Shown: piece by piece, positions 27,992 to 37,344 of the stretch
How positions within the stretch are numbered: position 1 is the first letter of the stretch
Layout: each line of letters opens with the position of its first letter
From: Candidatus Pacearchaeota archaeon
Lineage (GTDB): Archaea > Nanobdellota > Nanobdellia > Pacearchaeales > GW2011-AR1
DNA: 64,000 nt
Reading direction: 5' to 3'
Assembly: GCA_041659945.1 (NCBI GenBank)
Contig: JBAZXH010000002.1
Span: forward strand, 127,415-191,414
Notes under the pieces: generated by a model
Databases searched by the model: none
Told to the model about the DNA's origin: nothing
Seen by the model: only the letters and a program-made list of their open reading frames with translations
Program-made: the position numbers and the translations under genes

Positions 27992-28948
27992 TTAAAAAAT
28001 CAAATAAGCCACGCCAATTCCTATTAGTAGACCTGCAGTTAGAAAAGGCATAGCGGGATAGAACTTACCCTTTCTAGCAAAGATAAACAATGCCAAGAGA
28101 GCTAGGGTTGCAAATAGAGTTACTATTAGAGCTGGGATGAGACCTAGAGATCTGAATATAACCCCTGCAGTAATTATTGGGAATACAACGTCTCCTCCGC
28201 CGAGAATCGCTATGTTAACTTTTATGTTTTTGCCTGCTTTTTTATCTTTAGGATTTAGACGAGCTTCTTTTATTGCTTGTCTTTGTTTCTTATTTGCATA
28301 TGGTATAAAGAATCCTGCAAATATCTTCAAAGTATTAATTTGGTATTTTGCCATTTTTTGCATAAAACCCGAATGCCAAACAGCCCACATATCATAGATT
28401 GAAATTATAACCAGAAGTATGATAATTGTTAGGACATTTAGTATTGGAATGAAAACTACTGCAATACCTGGATAGACAAATAATTCTGTAAGATTATGAA
28501 TTAAAAAGTTTCTTTTAAATATCTTAAAAATTGCAAAGGGAATTGCAACTAAAAGAGCAACTAGTTCTGAAAGAGACATTATATTATAGACAGAATAATT
28601 TGGTATTAAATGCATTAAAGCTGCATTAAATGTAACACCAAGAACAAGAACTACAACAATAAAAAACCACCATTTAATAATTTTAGCAGCTTTTAATCTT
28701 GTGAGAAAAAATACCAGTAAAATTGCTAGAACAAATGCAAAAACTATTGAAATTAGAGAAAAATCCTGGCTTATTTGAGGGGGTTCCATTCCATAGGGCA
28801 AAGGATTAGTTGTTATGTTTTGAATTGTTCCGTTTATTACAACCTGCTGTTGAACTGGAGTGTATAGCCAGATAACTCCTAAACCAATTAGTTGAGTTAT
28901 GATAAACATTGATATCAGAATTGCTGTTATTTTTACACTATGTTTCAC
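27992..28948 (-). CDS. Presenilin/signal-peptide-peptidase family intramembrane aspartyl protease (A22, PSH-like)
   Basis: Polytopic membrane protein with the YD motif (ISIYDMW), the GxGD motif (LGGGDVVFP) and a PAL-like motif (YPAMPF). Confidence 0.7.
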   Translation of the reverse strand: MKHSVKITAILISMFIITQLIGLGVIWLYTPVQQQVVINGTIQNITTNPLPYGMEPPQISQDFSLISIVFAFVLAILLVFFLTRLKAAKIIKWWFFIVVVLVLGVTFNAALMHLIPNYSVYNIMSLSELVALLVAIPFAIFKIFKRNFLIHNLTELFVYPGIAVVFIPILNVLTIIILLVIISIYDMWAVWHSGFMQKMAKYQINTLKIFAGFFIPYANKKQRQAIKEARLNPKDKKAGKNIKVNIAILGGGDVVFPIITAGVIFRSLGLIPALIVTLFATLALLALFIFARKGKFYPAMPFLTAGLLIGIGVAYLIF

Positions 28949-29020
28949 TTTGTTTTCCTCTTTTTTATTTATATACTTGAAGAAAAGAATGTTTTTAAAG
29001 GGTTTGGTTATTGAAGGTAA

Positions 29021-29296
29021 ATGGACTATGAAACATTTAGAGATTATTTTGAAAGAGCTTTAGGAAAGAGGGTAGAAACGGGAGAAGAAGAATTAGAAGA
29101 TGAAGGAGAAAACTTTCTTGATAAAGAAGATGCTAGAAGATTTTTTGAGTGTGCTAAACGAACCGGGCTTTTAGGTCATCTAACTGAAGAACATTTTGAG
29201 GTTTTAGCTGGTATTGCTAGAGTAAATTATCACAATGGATGCATGTCTGCTGCTGAAAGTGCTGTGGATGCTTTTGAAAAAAAAGGAAGAAGATGA
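29021..29296 (+). CDS. Hypothetical small acidic protein (orphan, 91 aa)
   Basis: TATA TGTTTTTAAAGG lies about 25 nt upstream of the ATG. Confidence 0.5.
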   Translation: MDYETFRDYFERALGKRVETGEEELEDEGENFLDKEDARRFFECAKRTGLLGHLTEEHFEVLAGIARVNYHNGCMSAAESAVDAFEKKGRR

Positions 29297-29352
29297 AAGA
29301 AGTAATGATTAAGAACAATAATATTTTTAAACTATAAAATATAAAATTTTCT

Positions 29353-29691
29353 ATGGAACAAAATAAGTATGCTGGAACACTTGCCTGGAGATTTGGTGAG
29401 GAAATGTGGGATGAAACAAGGGGAAGCTATTGGGGCACTGGATGTAGGAACGAAAAGATAGTAGTTAGAGCAGCATCAGATAAAGATGCAGCTGCTGCTG
29501 CAATGGAAACAGCAAGACAAAAAATAAATGGGTCAGGATTACCTGGAAGACCGTATCTTGGAACTATACTAGTTATTTTAAGTGATTTAAGATGTGGTAG
29601 AAGAAAAGTTGCTTTTGATCGAGAGGCGAATTTTTTTGAAAGACCTATGTTAGATAGTAGCGAATATAGGCCTCTTCCGTGTCATGGGTAA
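29353..29691 (+). CDS. Hypothetical small protein (orphan, 112 aa)
   Basis: TATA-like TATTTTTAAAC lies about 27 nt upstream of the ATG. Confidence 0.5.
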   Translation: MEQNKYAGTLAWRFGEEMWDETRGSYWGTGCRNEKIVVRAASDKDAAAAAMETARQKINGSGLPGRPYLGTILVILSDLRCGRRKVAFDREANFFERPMLDSSEYRPLPCHG

Positions 29692-29795
29692 TTAGAATAA
29701 TTTATTTATTTCAATAAGATATTTAGCTAAACAATGGAGATGATGATAACTTTACAGTATCTCATTATAAAAAAATATTTAAACCGGATATTTAT

Positions 29796-29933
29796 ATGAA
29801 AAACATGGAAAGAATAGATAATAATTCAACTAATGAGGGCATGATACCTGAAGAAGGATTTGATACTGAATATGTAAAATTAGTTGATTTAGTATTTAAC
29901 TGTATAAACGGATATCAAAAAGTAGAAGACTAA
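29796..29933 (+). CDS. Possible 45-aa small protein (below the ORF-track cutoff)
   Basis: ATG...TAA ORF MKNMERIDNNSTNEGMIPEEGFDTEYVKLVDLVFNCINGYQKVED, with AATATTTAAA about 20-28 nt upstream. Confidence 0.25.
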   Translation: MKNMERIDNNSTNEGMIPEEGFDTEYVKLVDLVFNCINGYQKVED

Positions 29934-29943
29934 GATCTTAAGT

Positions 29944-31818
29944 CTATTTCAATCTAAGAGTTTCTAGATTTCTTGGAACATTTGTTTCAATATGTTCGAT
30001 TTTGTAGATTGTACTTGCTAGATCCAAACACTTTGTGGCTTCACCGTGATTAATTACAACTCTTTTTGGTTTTGGTTTGCAGTTCTTTATGAAGTTTAGC
30101 AGTTCTGTTCTTCCTGCATGTGCTGAGAAACCATCAATTTTATGAACCTCTATAGCGATTGGAATAAGTTCACCGTCTTCAAATTTAACTTCTGAAAGAC
30201 CATCTTGAACACTTCTACCTAAACTTCCAACTCCTTGATAACAAACGAAAAGTATGCTATTTCTTTTATTGCTTGCAAAGTGTCTAAAATATTCTACAGA
30301 AGCTCCACCAACTAACATACCTGATGTTGCAAGAACAACGCAAGGACCACCTTCAATAACTTCTTTTCTTTCCAAAGGAGATCCAACTCTTTTGAAAGTT
30401 TCAGAAACAAACGGATTTTTATCTTGAAAGATTTGGCTCTTTACAGCCTGACTTAGAAAGTCAGGGTATGCTGTATGAATTGCATTAATATCCCAGATCA
30501 TTCCATCAACGTAAACTGGAATTGGTTGAAGTTTTCCTGATTTGATAGCATCATCAATAATTAGCATTGTTTCCTGAGCTCTACCCAATCCTAATTCTGG
30601 AATTAGAACTTTTCCACCACGATCTACTGTTTTCTTAATCATGTCTATCAATATATTTTCTGATTCAATTCTTGGGGGTAGAACATCATTTTTACTTCCA
30701 TAGGTTGATTCAATTATTGTTGTTTCTAATCTTGGGAAGATAGTACTTGCAGGATCTAGTAAACGTGTTTTAGAATATTTCATATCTGCAGTATAAAGTA
30801 GGTTATGTGAACCATTTCCAATATTTATGTGAACCATTGCAGCACCAAGAGCGTGACCAGAGTTGTAAAATGTAACTCTTATGTCTGGTGTAACATCAGT
30901 AACTTCATTAAAATTCAGACAAATGCTATGCTTTACCATTTCCTTAATGTCTGTTGAACTAAATATTGGAGCTGATGCTTGTTTGTATGCAACACCAATA
31001 AAATCCAGAGCTAGAAGTGAAGAAATATCTCGTGTTGGAGCTGTTAAATAAACCGGACCTTCATAACCCATTTTATATAAGTAAGGAACTAGGCCTGAGT
31101 GATCAAGATGTGCGTGACTTAAAATTACTGCATCAATTGATGAAATATCAAATTCTGGAATATCAAAGTATGGAAATCTTTCTGCACCATGGGAAGCTAC
31201 ATCGATTCCACAGTCTAGAAGTATTTTTGAGTTTGGAGTTTGAAGAAGAATACAACTTCTCCCTACCTGACGGCCGCTTCCTAGAATTGTGAGTCTAACC
31301 CATTCTTCTCTTTTTTCATTTGTCCAATCTTTGTAGATTTTTTTACCAATGTTATTTAAGAATTTTCTTCGGTAGTTATCGTTATCATATAGAACTGCTC
31401 TGATATTTTCAGTTATTTTACTTGGAATGGAAGAACTTCTTTGAACCTGTGGAATCCATAGAGTTGTGTCCTTTATTTCTTGCAAAATAGAACCTTGCTT
31501 TCCGATTACTAGGCCGGGTTTTTTTGCTTCAATTACAACTATACTTCTTTGAGAATCAAAGATTATGTTAGTTATTTCTGCTTCTTCTGGAACTAACTTT
31601 TCTATGAATTGTTTTGTTTTTTCCTGTTTTTCAAGAATCTTTTCATCTGCCCTAAGTTCAATTCTTTTTTTGTATTTATTGACTAAATCTTTAATCTGAG
31701 ATTCTCCTTCTTTAAAAAAGGCAGAATTTTCTGTGTATAGAACTATGTTTGCGCCTTCAAAACAAGCGTCAGTAATTACTTTAGGCAAGTCGTCAATTAT
31801 GCTTTTTAGAATGTCCAT
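29944..31818 (-). CDS. aCPSF1: KH-domain beta-CASP metallo-beta-lactamase ribonuclease
   Basis: N-terminal KH region (VIGKQGSILQEI), MBL motif HAHLDHSG, beta-CASP region and C-terminal HGE. About 625 aa, typical of aCPSF1. Confidence 0.9.
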   Translation of the reverse strand: MDILKSIIDDLPKVITDACFEGANIVLYTENSAFFKEGESQIKDLVNKYKKRIELRADEKILEKQEKTKQFIEKLVPEEAEITNIIFDSQRSIVVIEAKKPGLVIGKQGSILQEIKDTTLWIPQVQRSSSIPSKITENIRAVLYDNDNYRRKFLNNIGKKIYKDWTNEKREEWVRLTILGSGRQVGRSCILLQTPNSKILLDCGIDVASHGAERFPYFDIPEFDISSIDAVILSHAHLDHSGLVPYLYKMGYEGPVYLTAPTRDISSLLALDFIGVAYKQASAPIFSSTDIKEMVKHSICLNFNEVTDVTPDIRVTFYNSGHALGAAMVHINIGNGSHNLLYTADMKYSKTRLLDPASTIFPRLETTIIESTYGSKNDVLPPRIESENILIDMIKKTVDRGGKVLIPELGLGRAQETMLIIDDAIKSGKLQPIPVYVDGMIWDINAIHTAYPDFLSQAVKSQIFQDKNPFVSETFKRVGSPLERKEVIEGGPCVVLATSGMLVGGASVEYFRHFASNKRNSILFVCYQGVGSLGRSVQDGLSEVKFEDGELIPIAIEVHKIDGFSAHAGRTELLNFIKNCKPKPKRVVINHGEATKCLDLASTIYKIEHIETNVPRNLETLRLK

Positions 31819-31836
31819 TTTTACAAAAAAATAAAA

Positions 31837-32514
31837 TTATTTAAACACCGATTGGATTTCTTGGCTTACTACTTTCTTAACACCATCCTTAGTTAGGGTA
31901 TAGATGTCTAATCCGTAGCCGCTGCCCATATCTCTTTGGGTTGAGGCTTTAATACATTCAGTTGCTAGTTGAACTCCTTCTTTAACTTTCATATCTTTCT
32001 TATATCCCCTTTCAAGAACTCCTAAAATATAAGGCATACCACTTCCGAAGTTTGCGTCATAATCTTTTATTTCAACAATTGCGCCTGCTGGTTCGATAGA
32101 GAATAATTTTGCTGTTCCGTCTTCGTCAACTCCAGCAACCAGTGTTCCGACGATTGATGGGATCATTGTTGGTTGTCTAATTGATCTAAATGTTAACATT
32201 GATAGTAAACTAGCAGATTCTTTAATTGTTGGAAGTTTTCTGCTCTTTAGTTCCTTAAGCTTTAATTCTGCTGAAACAACTCTTAGTAAGAATTGAGCAT
32301 CTGATACACTTCCAGTTACTGCTGTAAGCATTCTTTCGTTTATTGGCATGATCTTTGCATAGTCTTTTTGAACTACAATGTTGCCTGCACTAACCTGCCT
32401 ATCTGCAGCTAGTATAACACCATCAGAACATACAATACCGACAATACTTGTACCGGTTTTTAATATTGATTTTTTTAATTCGTCATCCATTTTAAATTTA
32501 GATAAAACCCTCAA
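31837..32514 (-). CDS. psmB: Proteasome beta subunit
   Basis: Propeptide followed by LKTG/TSIVGIVCSDGVILAAD (active-site Thr). The true start may be ATG 32490 rather than TTG 32514. Confidence 0.9.
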   Translation of the reverse strand: MRVLSKFKMDDELKKSILKTGTSIVGIVCSDGVILAADRQVSAGNIVVQKDYAKIMPINERMLTAVTGSVSDAQFLLRVVSAELKLKELKSRKLPTIKESASLLSMLTFRSIRQPTMIPSIVGTLVAGVDEDGTAKLFSIEPAGAIVEIKDYDANFGSGMPYILGVLERGYKKDMKVKEGVQLATECIKASTQRDMGSGYGLDIYTLTKDGVKKVVSQEIQSVFK

Positions 32515-32626
32515 AAGAATTTATGACAATATTACATAATTGTTCTTATTTATAAATCTTACGGTGTTTTACTTGTAAGGAGTGATAATAGAAAAGGTAT
32601 TTATATTAGTAAAACAATAAATTTTT

Positions 32627-32812
32627 ATGTTATCTACAAGAGCTTCTAGTGATAGAGTTAGTGGAAGTAGTCAACAGTTACCATTATATGCTGCAATAAC
32701 GACGAGTCCATTAAGTGGGTATATTCCTCCTGCAATAGGAGAAGGATTAATTCAGAAATTGCGGGAATTAAGGGGATTAGAGTACCCGGCAAGTAATATT
32801 AAATCTGATTAG
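32627..32812 (+). CDS. Possible small protein (61 aa, orphan)
   Basis: TATA GTATTTATATTA lies about 24 nt upstream of the ATG. No homology recognised. Confidence 0.35.
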   Translation: MLSTRASSDRVSGSSQQLPLYAAITTSPLSGYIPPAIGEGLIQKLRELRGLEYPASNIKSD

Positions 32813-32822
32813 TTTTCATGAG

Positions 32823-33506
32823 TTAAATCTTGCAAAAACCTTTTTCATAGGATTGTCTAAACGGTTCGTAGAATATTAGTTTTATCCAGCCTAGAAAAGG
32901 AAGCTTAAATCCAACAACTTTTCCTATAATCTGAGATTCTTTTATGTTTGTTTCATCAATGCCTTCTGGATTTGACAATTGACTCATTTGTGGAGCAAAC
33001 TGCCCGTCATTGTGATCTCCTTTTGTCTGTATTGGATCTAGTGAAATAACTCGGTGAATTATTGGTCTTCCTTGACTTCCACTGTTGAATATTATAATAT
33101 CTCCAACTTTGATGTCTGATTTTTTCGCTCCAACTACAAAGAAAATATCGCCCTTTGTAAAGCCATTGGTAAATTTAAATGTTTGAAATTGCTCTTTAGT
33201 TATGTTTCTGTTTGTATACCAGTTTCCTTTTGTTGCCCACCAATTATCAAAGTTTTCACCGTGATACATGCTGCATGATTCAACAATAACAATTGGTAAG
33301 TTAGTACCTGTAACAAAAGATAATGTTGGAAAAAAGATGAATCTTATTACAATAAATGCTACAATCATAAAGGTTACCCAACTCCAGATGCTTTCACCAT
33401 TCCACATGAAGTTCCAAAATCTTTTTAGGTAATTAAAAAAGCCTTTGTCTTTAGGGTCTCGGTACTCTTGAGGTTGATTATGTTGATTATGTTGATTTTC
33501 AGGCAT
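32823..33506 (-). CDS. Signal peptidase I, archaeal/eukaryotic Sec11 type (S26B)
   Basis: N-terminal TM, catalytic Ser box VESCSMYH, GDIIIF box and His box RPIIHRV. Confidence 0.7.
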   Translation of the reverse strand: MPENQHNQHNQPQEYRDPKDKGFFNYLKRFWNFMWNGESIWSWVTFMIVAFIVIRFIFFPTLSFVTGTNLPIVIVESCSMYHGENFDNWWATKGNWYTNRNITKEQFQTFKFTNGFTKGDIFFVVGAKKSDIKVGDIIIFNSGSQGRPIIHRVISLDPIQTKGDHNDGQFAPQMSQLSNPEGIDETNIKESQIIGKVVGFKLPFLGWIKLIFYEPFRQSYEKGFCKI

Positions 33507-33603
33507 TATAGTATATTGTCGAAGAGGTTTTTAAACATTGGGAAAACTCCAGTTTTAGTTGCATTGTAGAAATGTTTAAATAATAATTACTCTGAAAATT
33601 AAT

Positions 33604-34140
33604 ATGGGTGCAGTAGATGTCAGTTTATCAGCGTATATGAGAAGATTAGAGGAGACTAGAAGGTCAAGTGGTGAACGTGTAAAACGTGATTTAGATTCTG
33701 GTTCTTCAGGATATCTTAATCCGAGTGCTGTAGATTTATCAAAAAACGGTAGTGGACAAGTTGTTTTTGAGATTCGTGCAATTCCAGGAGTCAGGTCGGT
33801 TACTAAAGAAAGACCCGTGCCTCTTGCTTTTCCTGGTGATCCAAATGGAAAGTTAGAAGAGTCTTTAGGAAAAGAAGAGATTGCTAGATGTTATGTTGCC
33901 CAAAGAGATAGGAATGCTGAATATAGAATATTTTACCAAGGAGAGGATGTTACTGATGAAGCAGTAGGAATACTTAAGGAAGTAAGTAGAAGAGTTTTAC
34001 CAACAATAATTAGTACAGAAGTAAGTGCAAGAGTTAAAAGACATGAAGAGATAAGACAAGCATCTGTAGGAGCTTATGGTAGAAGAAAAAGCTTAGATGA
34101 TGAAAGATTGGAGTTTAGAAAAAGAATGTATGGTGTGTAA
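33604..34140 (+). CDS. Hypothetical Arg/Glu-rich protein (orphan, 178 aa)
   Basis: TATA GTTTAAATAATA lies about 25 nt upstream of the ATG. Confidence 0.55.
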   Translation: MGAVDVSLSAYMRRLEETRRSSGERVKRDLDSGSSGYLNPSAVDLSKNGSGQVVFEIRAIPGVRSVTKERPVPLAFPGDPNGKLEESLGKEEIARCYVAQRDRNAEYRIFYQGEDVTDEAVGILKEVSRRVLPTIISTEVSARVKRHEEIRQASVGAYGRRKSLDDERLEFRKRMYGV

Positions 34141-34208
34141 GTGATTTTAGTCTTGAGTATTAATTTTACAATACAAATTCTTTTAAACTGATTAAAAATT
34201 AATTTTTA

Positions 34209-34640
34209 ATGGAATGTCAATTAAGAAGATATGCACTTGTTCAAGATAAGGGAATATTTATGGGCCCTGATGAAGATACTCCAAATATTCATGATGTTGC
34301 AGAAGTATTAGATGCAGCATATTCAGAGGGATTAAGAGAAAACCAAAGAGTTCTTCTTTCTGTTTGTTTTAGAGATGATGATTTTGATGTTGATAGTCCT
34401 AGTTGGCAAAGAAGAGGTTTTAGTATGAGTGTCAGAGAATTAAGTGCGTTGTATAGACATATTAGAGGTTATAATTATAAACCAAATAGTAGACTTGTTT
34501 TAAAAAATGTTGTTCCAAGTAGATTACCTAGTGATAATTTTCAATTTGGTAATAATCGAGGAAGATATAGAGAACATCCATTACCAAGAGAGTATAGAAA
34601 AAGAGTTTTTGTTCCGAGAAGATCTGGGAATAGAAGTTAA
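34209..34640 (+). CDS. Hypothetical Arg-rich protein (orphan, 143 aa)
   Basis: TATA CTTTTAAACTGA lies about 24 nt upstream. The C-terminal tail is basic (RKRVFVPRRSGNRS). Confidence 0.55.
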   Translation: MECQLRRYALVQDKGIFMGPDEDTPNIHDVAEVLDAAYSEGLRENQRVLLSVCFRDDDFDVDSPSWQRRGFSMSVRELSALYRHIRGYNYKPNSRLVLKNVVPSRLPSDNFQFGNNRGRYREHPLPREYRKRVFVPRRSGNRS

Positions 34641-34654
34641 ATAATTTATTCAGT

Positions 34655-35176
34655 TTAATCAAATTTTACAACCTTAATATAATCTTTATTTTCGATAAGA
34701 TTTTCAAATGTATTAATCGTGTCGCTTATTTCTTCCATTTCTTTTTTAATTTTAGGAGTTATTAGCTTTTCAACTTCTTTAACATATGACTTAACTTTTA
34801 TTTTAATTTTATCTAATTCTTCTTTATTAGCTTTACTCACTATGGGACAATATTTTATTAGTATCCACCATAGTTCGCCATTAATTTTAAGAAACAATAC
34901 TGGATTTAATCTGCATTCTAATGCTCGGTCGTTATAAACTGTGCAACCAATATTTTTCTTATGAAGACTACAATATCCTTTTTTTAAGAAAGTTACATTG
35001 CCAATTTTTATTAATTTCATGCCGTAGTCTTCAAATCGTTTAACCTCTTCAGGTAGTAGCCAGGACATCCATTGCGGAGCCGCACATGAACTACCACAGG
35101 TTTTGCATTGAGGCATATCTTTGAATATGCTAATCCTACTGAGTAAATCATAAATCTTTTGAATGTCTTTGTCCAT
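34655..35176 (-). CDS. YkgJ/UPF0153-like Cys-cluster (Zn/Fe-chelating) domain protein
   Basis: CKTCGSSC near the N-terminus, and C...CTVYNDRALECRLNP resembling the C.iY..RP..C motif of the family. Confidence 0.45.
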   Translation of the reverse strand: MDKDIQKIYDLLSRISIFKDMPQCKTCGSSCAAPQWMSWLLPEEVKRFEDYGMKLIKIGNVTFLKKGYCSLHKKNIGCTVYNDRALECRLNPVLFLKINGELWWILIKYCPIVSKANKEELDKIKIKVKSYVKEVEKLITPKIKKEMEEISDTINTFENLIENKDYIKVVKFD

Positions 35177-35233
35177 TAGACTTTTATGTCTTAGAAGTAT
35201 AAAAAATTATCTGAATAAACTCCCAGTAATTTT

Positions 35234-35247
35234 ATGCAGCGACCGGG
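35234..35247 (-). repeat. Duplicate of the tRNA-Gly 3' end (att-like direct repeat)
   Basis: ATGCAGCGACCGGG is identical to 36311-36324, which is the 3' acceptor/T-stem of tRNA-Gly plus 1 nt. Confidence 0.5.
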
Positions 35248-35301
35248 CTATCGAGAAATGAAATTTCTCGGATCCTCAAATTCTTACGAATTCGAAATTG
35301 T

Positions 35302-36204
35302 TTAATATTTTATTTTGTTTTCTTGTAATAGTTTAATCATTAATTCAATAAAAGGTCTAAGATCTCCGTTAATTGTAGCCTTATGCAATGTTTCGTAATA
35401 ATCAAACTTTGTTTTACTTTGAATATTAACCATTGGATATTTATTTTTATGAAGTATAAAATTCATTAATAATCTTCCAACCCTTCCGTTTCCATCAACA
35501 AATGGATGGATTGTTTCGAATGCAACATGAAAATAAGAGGCAACAATTAAAGGGTGAAGTTTATTCTTATTTTTTGAGTACCAAGATAAAAGGGATTTCA
35601 TTTCATTTGAAACTTCTTCAGGTTTCGGAGGCATCCATTCTCTGCCCCTTATAAAAACTTGAAGATTTCTATAACATCCCTTTTGCTTGTTTAATTCTTC
35701 TTTTAAAGTATTTTCAACAACAGTCTTATGTAATTCGCAAATAAATTCTTTAGTCAAATCTCCTTGATAGCCAAGCATTTTATCAAATGCCTTTTTATGA
35801 TTGAGGGTTTCATTAATCTCCCTCAAAGATTTTGATTTAGGAACAATATTCTCAAATAGTAAAAATGAAGTTTCCTCTAAAGTTAAAGTATTTCCCTCTA
35901 TTGCAGTTGAGTCATAGGTAAATAAAGAAACAAAAGATTCATACCTATTGTCTTGGGACGTTCTTGGTTCTTTTTGAAAATCTTCCTTTATTTTATTTAG
36001 AGTTTTAATTTCTTCCTTTGATAAAATACTTGATAATACTAAAAGCTCTTTATCTGCATTTTCTTCTTTATTTTTTAATCCTTCTTTTTTTAAGTTAACA
36101 CCCAAATAAATTCTTTTTTTCTTGAATTTCTTATCTTCTCTAGTATTAATAACTCTATAATAATATTTTTTTCCATTTTTCTCTTTTATTTCAGTATATA
36201 CCAT
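35302..36204 (-). CDS. Fic/DOC family protein (AMPylase-type)
   Basis: Canonical Fic motif HPFVDGNGRVGRLLMN. Confidence 0.9.
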   Translation of the reverse strand: MVYTEIKEKNGKKYYYRVINTREDKKFKKKRIYLGVNLKKEGLKNKEENADKELLVLSSILSKEEIKTLNKIKEDFQKEPRTSQDNRYESFVSLFTYDSTAIEGNTLTLEETSFLLFENIVPKSKSLREINETLNHKKAFDKMLGYQGDLTKEFICELHKTVVENTLKEELNKQKGCYRNLQVFIRGREWMPPKPEEVSNEMKSLLSWYSKNKNKLHPLIVASYFHVAFETIHPFVDGNGRVGRLLMNFILHKNKYPMVNIQSKTKFDYYETLHKATINGDLRPFIELMIKLLQENKIKY

Positions 36205-36311
36205 GATATTTATACGGGCACAGATTATTTAAATCTTTCTGATTAGTGCCCGTAATGGTATGGGGGCACAAACAAACAAAATTTTAAGGAGGAGTAGACG
36301 TAATAAGGGAA

Positions 36312-36382
36312 TGCAGCGACCGGGAATTGAACCCGGCTCATGAGCTTGGGAAGCTCACATTCTACCGATAAACTATCGCTGC
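36312..36382 (-). tRNA. tRNA-Gly (CCC)
   Basis: The reverse complement folds as a cloverleaf: acceptor GCAGCGA/TCGCTGC, anticodon stem TGAGC/GCTCA, loop TTCCCAA, T arm CCGGG-TTCAATT-CCCGG, discriminator A. 71 nt; no encoded CCA. Confidence 0.85.
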
Positions 36383-36525
36383 ATTTTAATACAGAGAAAT
36401 AACAATTTATATAATTAATCATATTTAGATATAAAATGAAACTGACAAGGAATCAAGAGATATTTATACTTGTTATATTAGCTTTATGTTTGATAAGTTT
36501 CTTGTTATTGACAAGTTTCTTTTAG

Positions 36526-36572
36526 TGTCAAGAACCAGCGGACTAAAGTCCTGGGCGTGTAGGGGTTCTTGA
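36526..36572. repeat. Dispersed hairpin element, copy A (TGTCAAGAACC...GGTTCTTGA)
   Basis: 41/47 identical to 61597-61643. The terminal arms AAGAACC/GGTTCTT can pair. Further short hairpins follow (36575-36625). Confidence 0.6.
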
Positions 36573-36708
36573 GCATGTTAAGAAGGAACTTCTTGAGCAT
36601 TGTCAGAATTTTCAATTCTGAAACCTAGAGAATTTGACTTGCTTTCTCACGAACTAAAGTAAGGAGCTTGTGCAAAGACAATTCTCTCAGTATCAAATTC
36701 TATTCTCT

Positions 36709-37248
36709 TTACATAAGACTTTTTAATTTTCGTCTTCCATCAGGCGTGCAAAAATCAAAGTCATAAGGTATTTCTAATCTTTCCCTTACAGGCCCGATTT
36801 TTTTGAATAAAGAAAGCTGTTCCTTAGCATTGGACTTGGCTCTTCTCCATTCTTTTTCTGCATGAAGGATATCTTCTCCACCTTCACAAGTAACTGGAAA
36901 GATACCGTCAGTTGGTTGAACTATTACTCCTTCACGAGTTTGCCATCCACTTATTTCTGCATTTTCTTGCCAATCCTTATAATTCCAAGCTAGAAAATCA
37001 ATCATCCTTTCATTTCCAGCAGGATCTCCCCACATTAAGGCTATAGTATGCTTAAACCCTCTTTGCCTTGCTGCTTCAAGTGCAGGACTCCTTACAGTTT
37101 CTCTTAATGTTCTTACTGCATAAACAAGATCAGAGTTGTATGTTTGTTCAAAATTATATGCTGAGATATATGCTCTTCCATCTAATGGCTGTCCGGGTTC
37201 TTCATGAATATCAAACCTTGCTACAATTTTTAATAGTGGTTCTGTCAT
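36709..37248 (-). CDS. Hypothetical protein (orphan, 179 aa)
   Basis: Clean ORF with TATA-like AAAAATATATTAAA about 15-28 nt upstream on the minus strand. Confidence 0.55.
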   Translation of the reverse strand: MTEPLLKIVARFDIHEEPGQPLDGRAYISAYNFEQTYNSDLVYAVRTLRETVRSPALEAARQRGFKHTIALMWGDPAGNERMIDFLAWNYKDWQENAEISGWQTREGVIVQPTDGIFPVTCEGGEDILHAEKEWRRAKSNAKEQLSLFKKIGPVRERLEIPYDFDFCTPDGRRKLKSLM

Positions 37249-37344
37249 ATAACAACAACATTTAATATATTTTTAAGTTTATAGCTTGTGAAAAATATAG
37301 CATATATGAGTTGGATTTATCTTTCAAAAGATTTATAAACCCCT

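Noticed and set aside
36436-36525. 29-aa hydrophobic ORF with the internal direct repeat TGA(T/C)AAGTTTCTT upstream of hairpin element copy A
   Set aside because: It is too short, has no convincing promoter spacing, and lies in a repeat-rich intergenic region.
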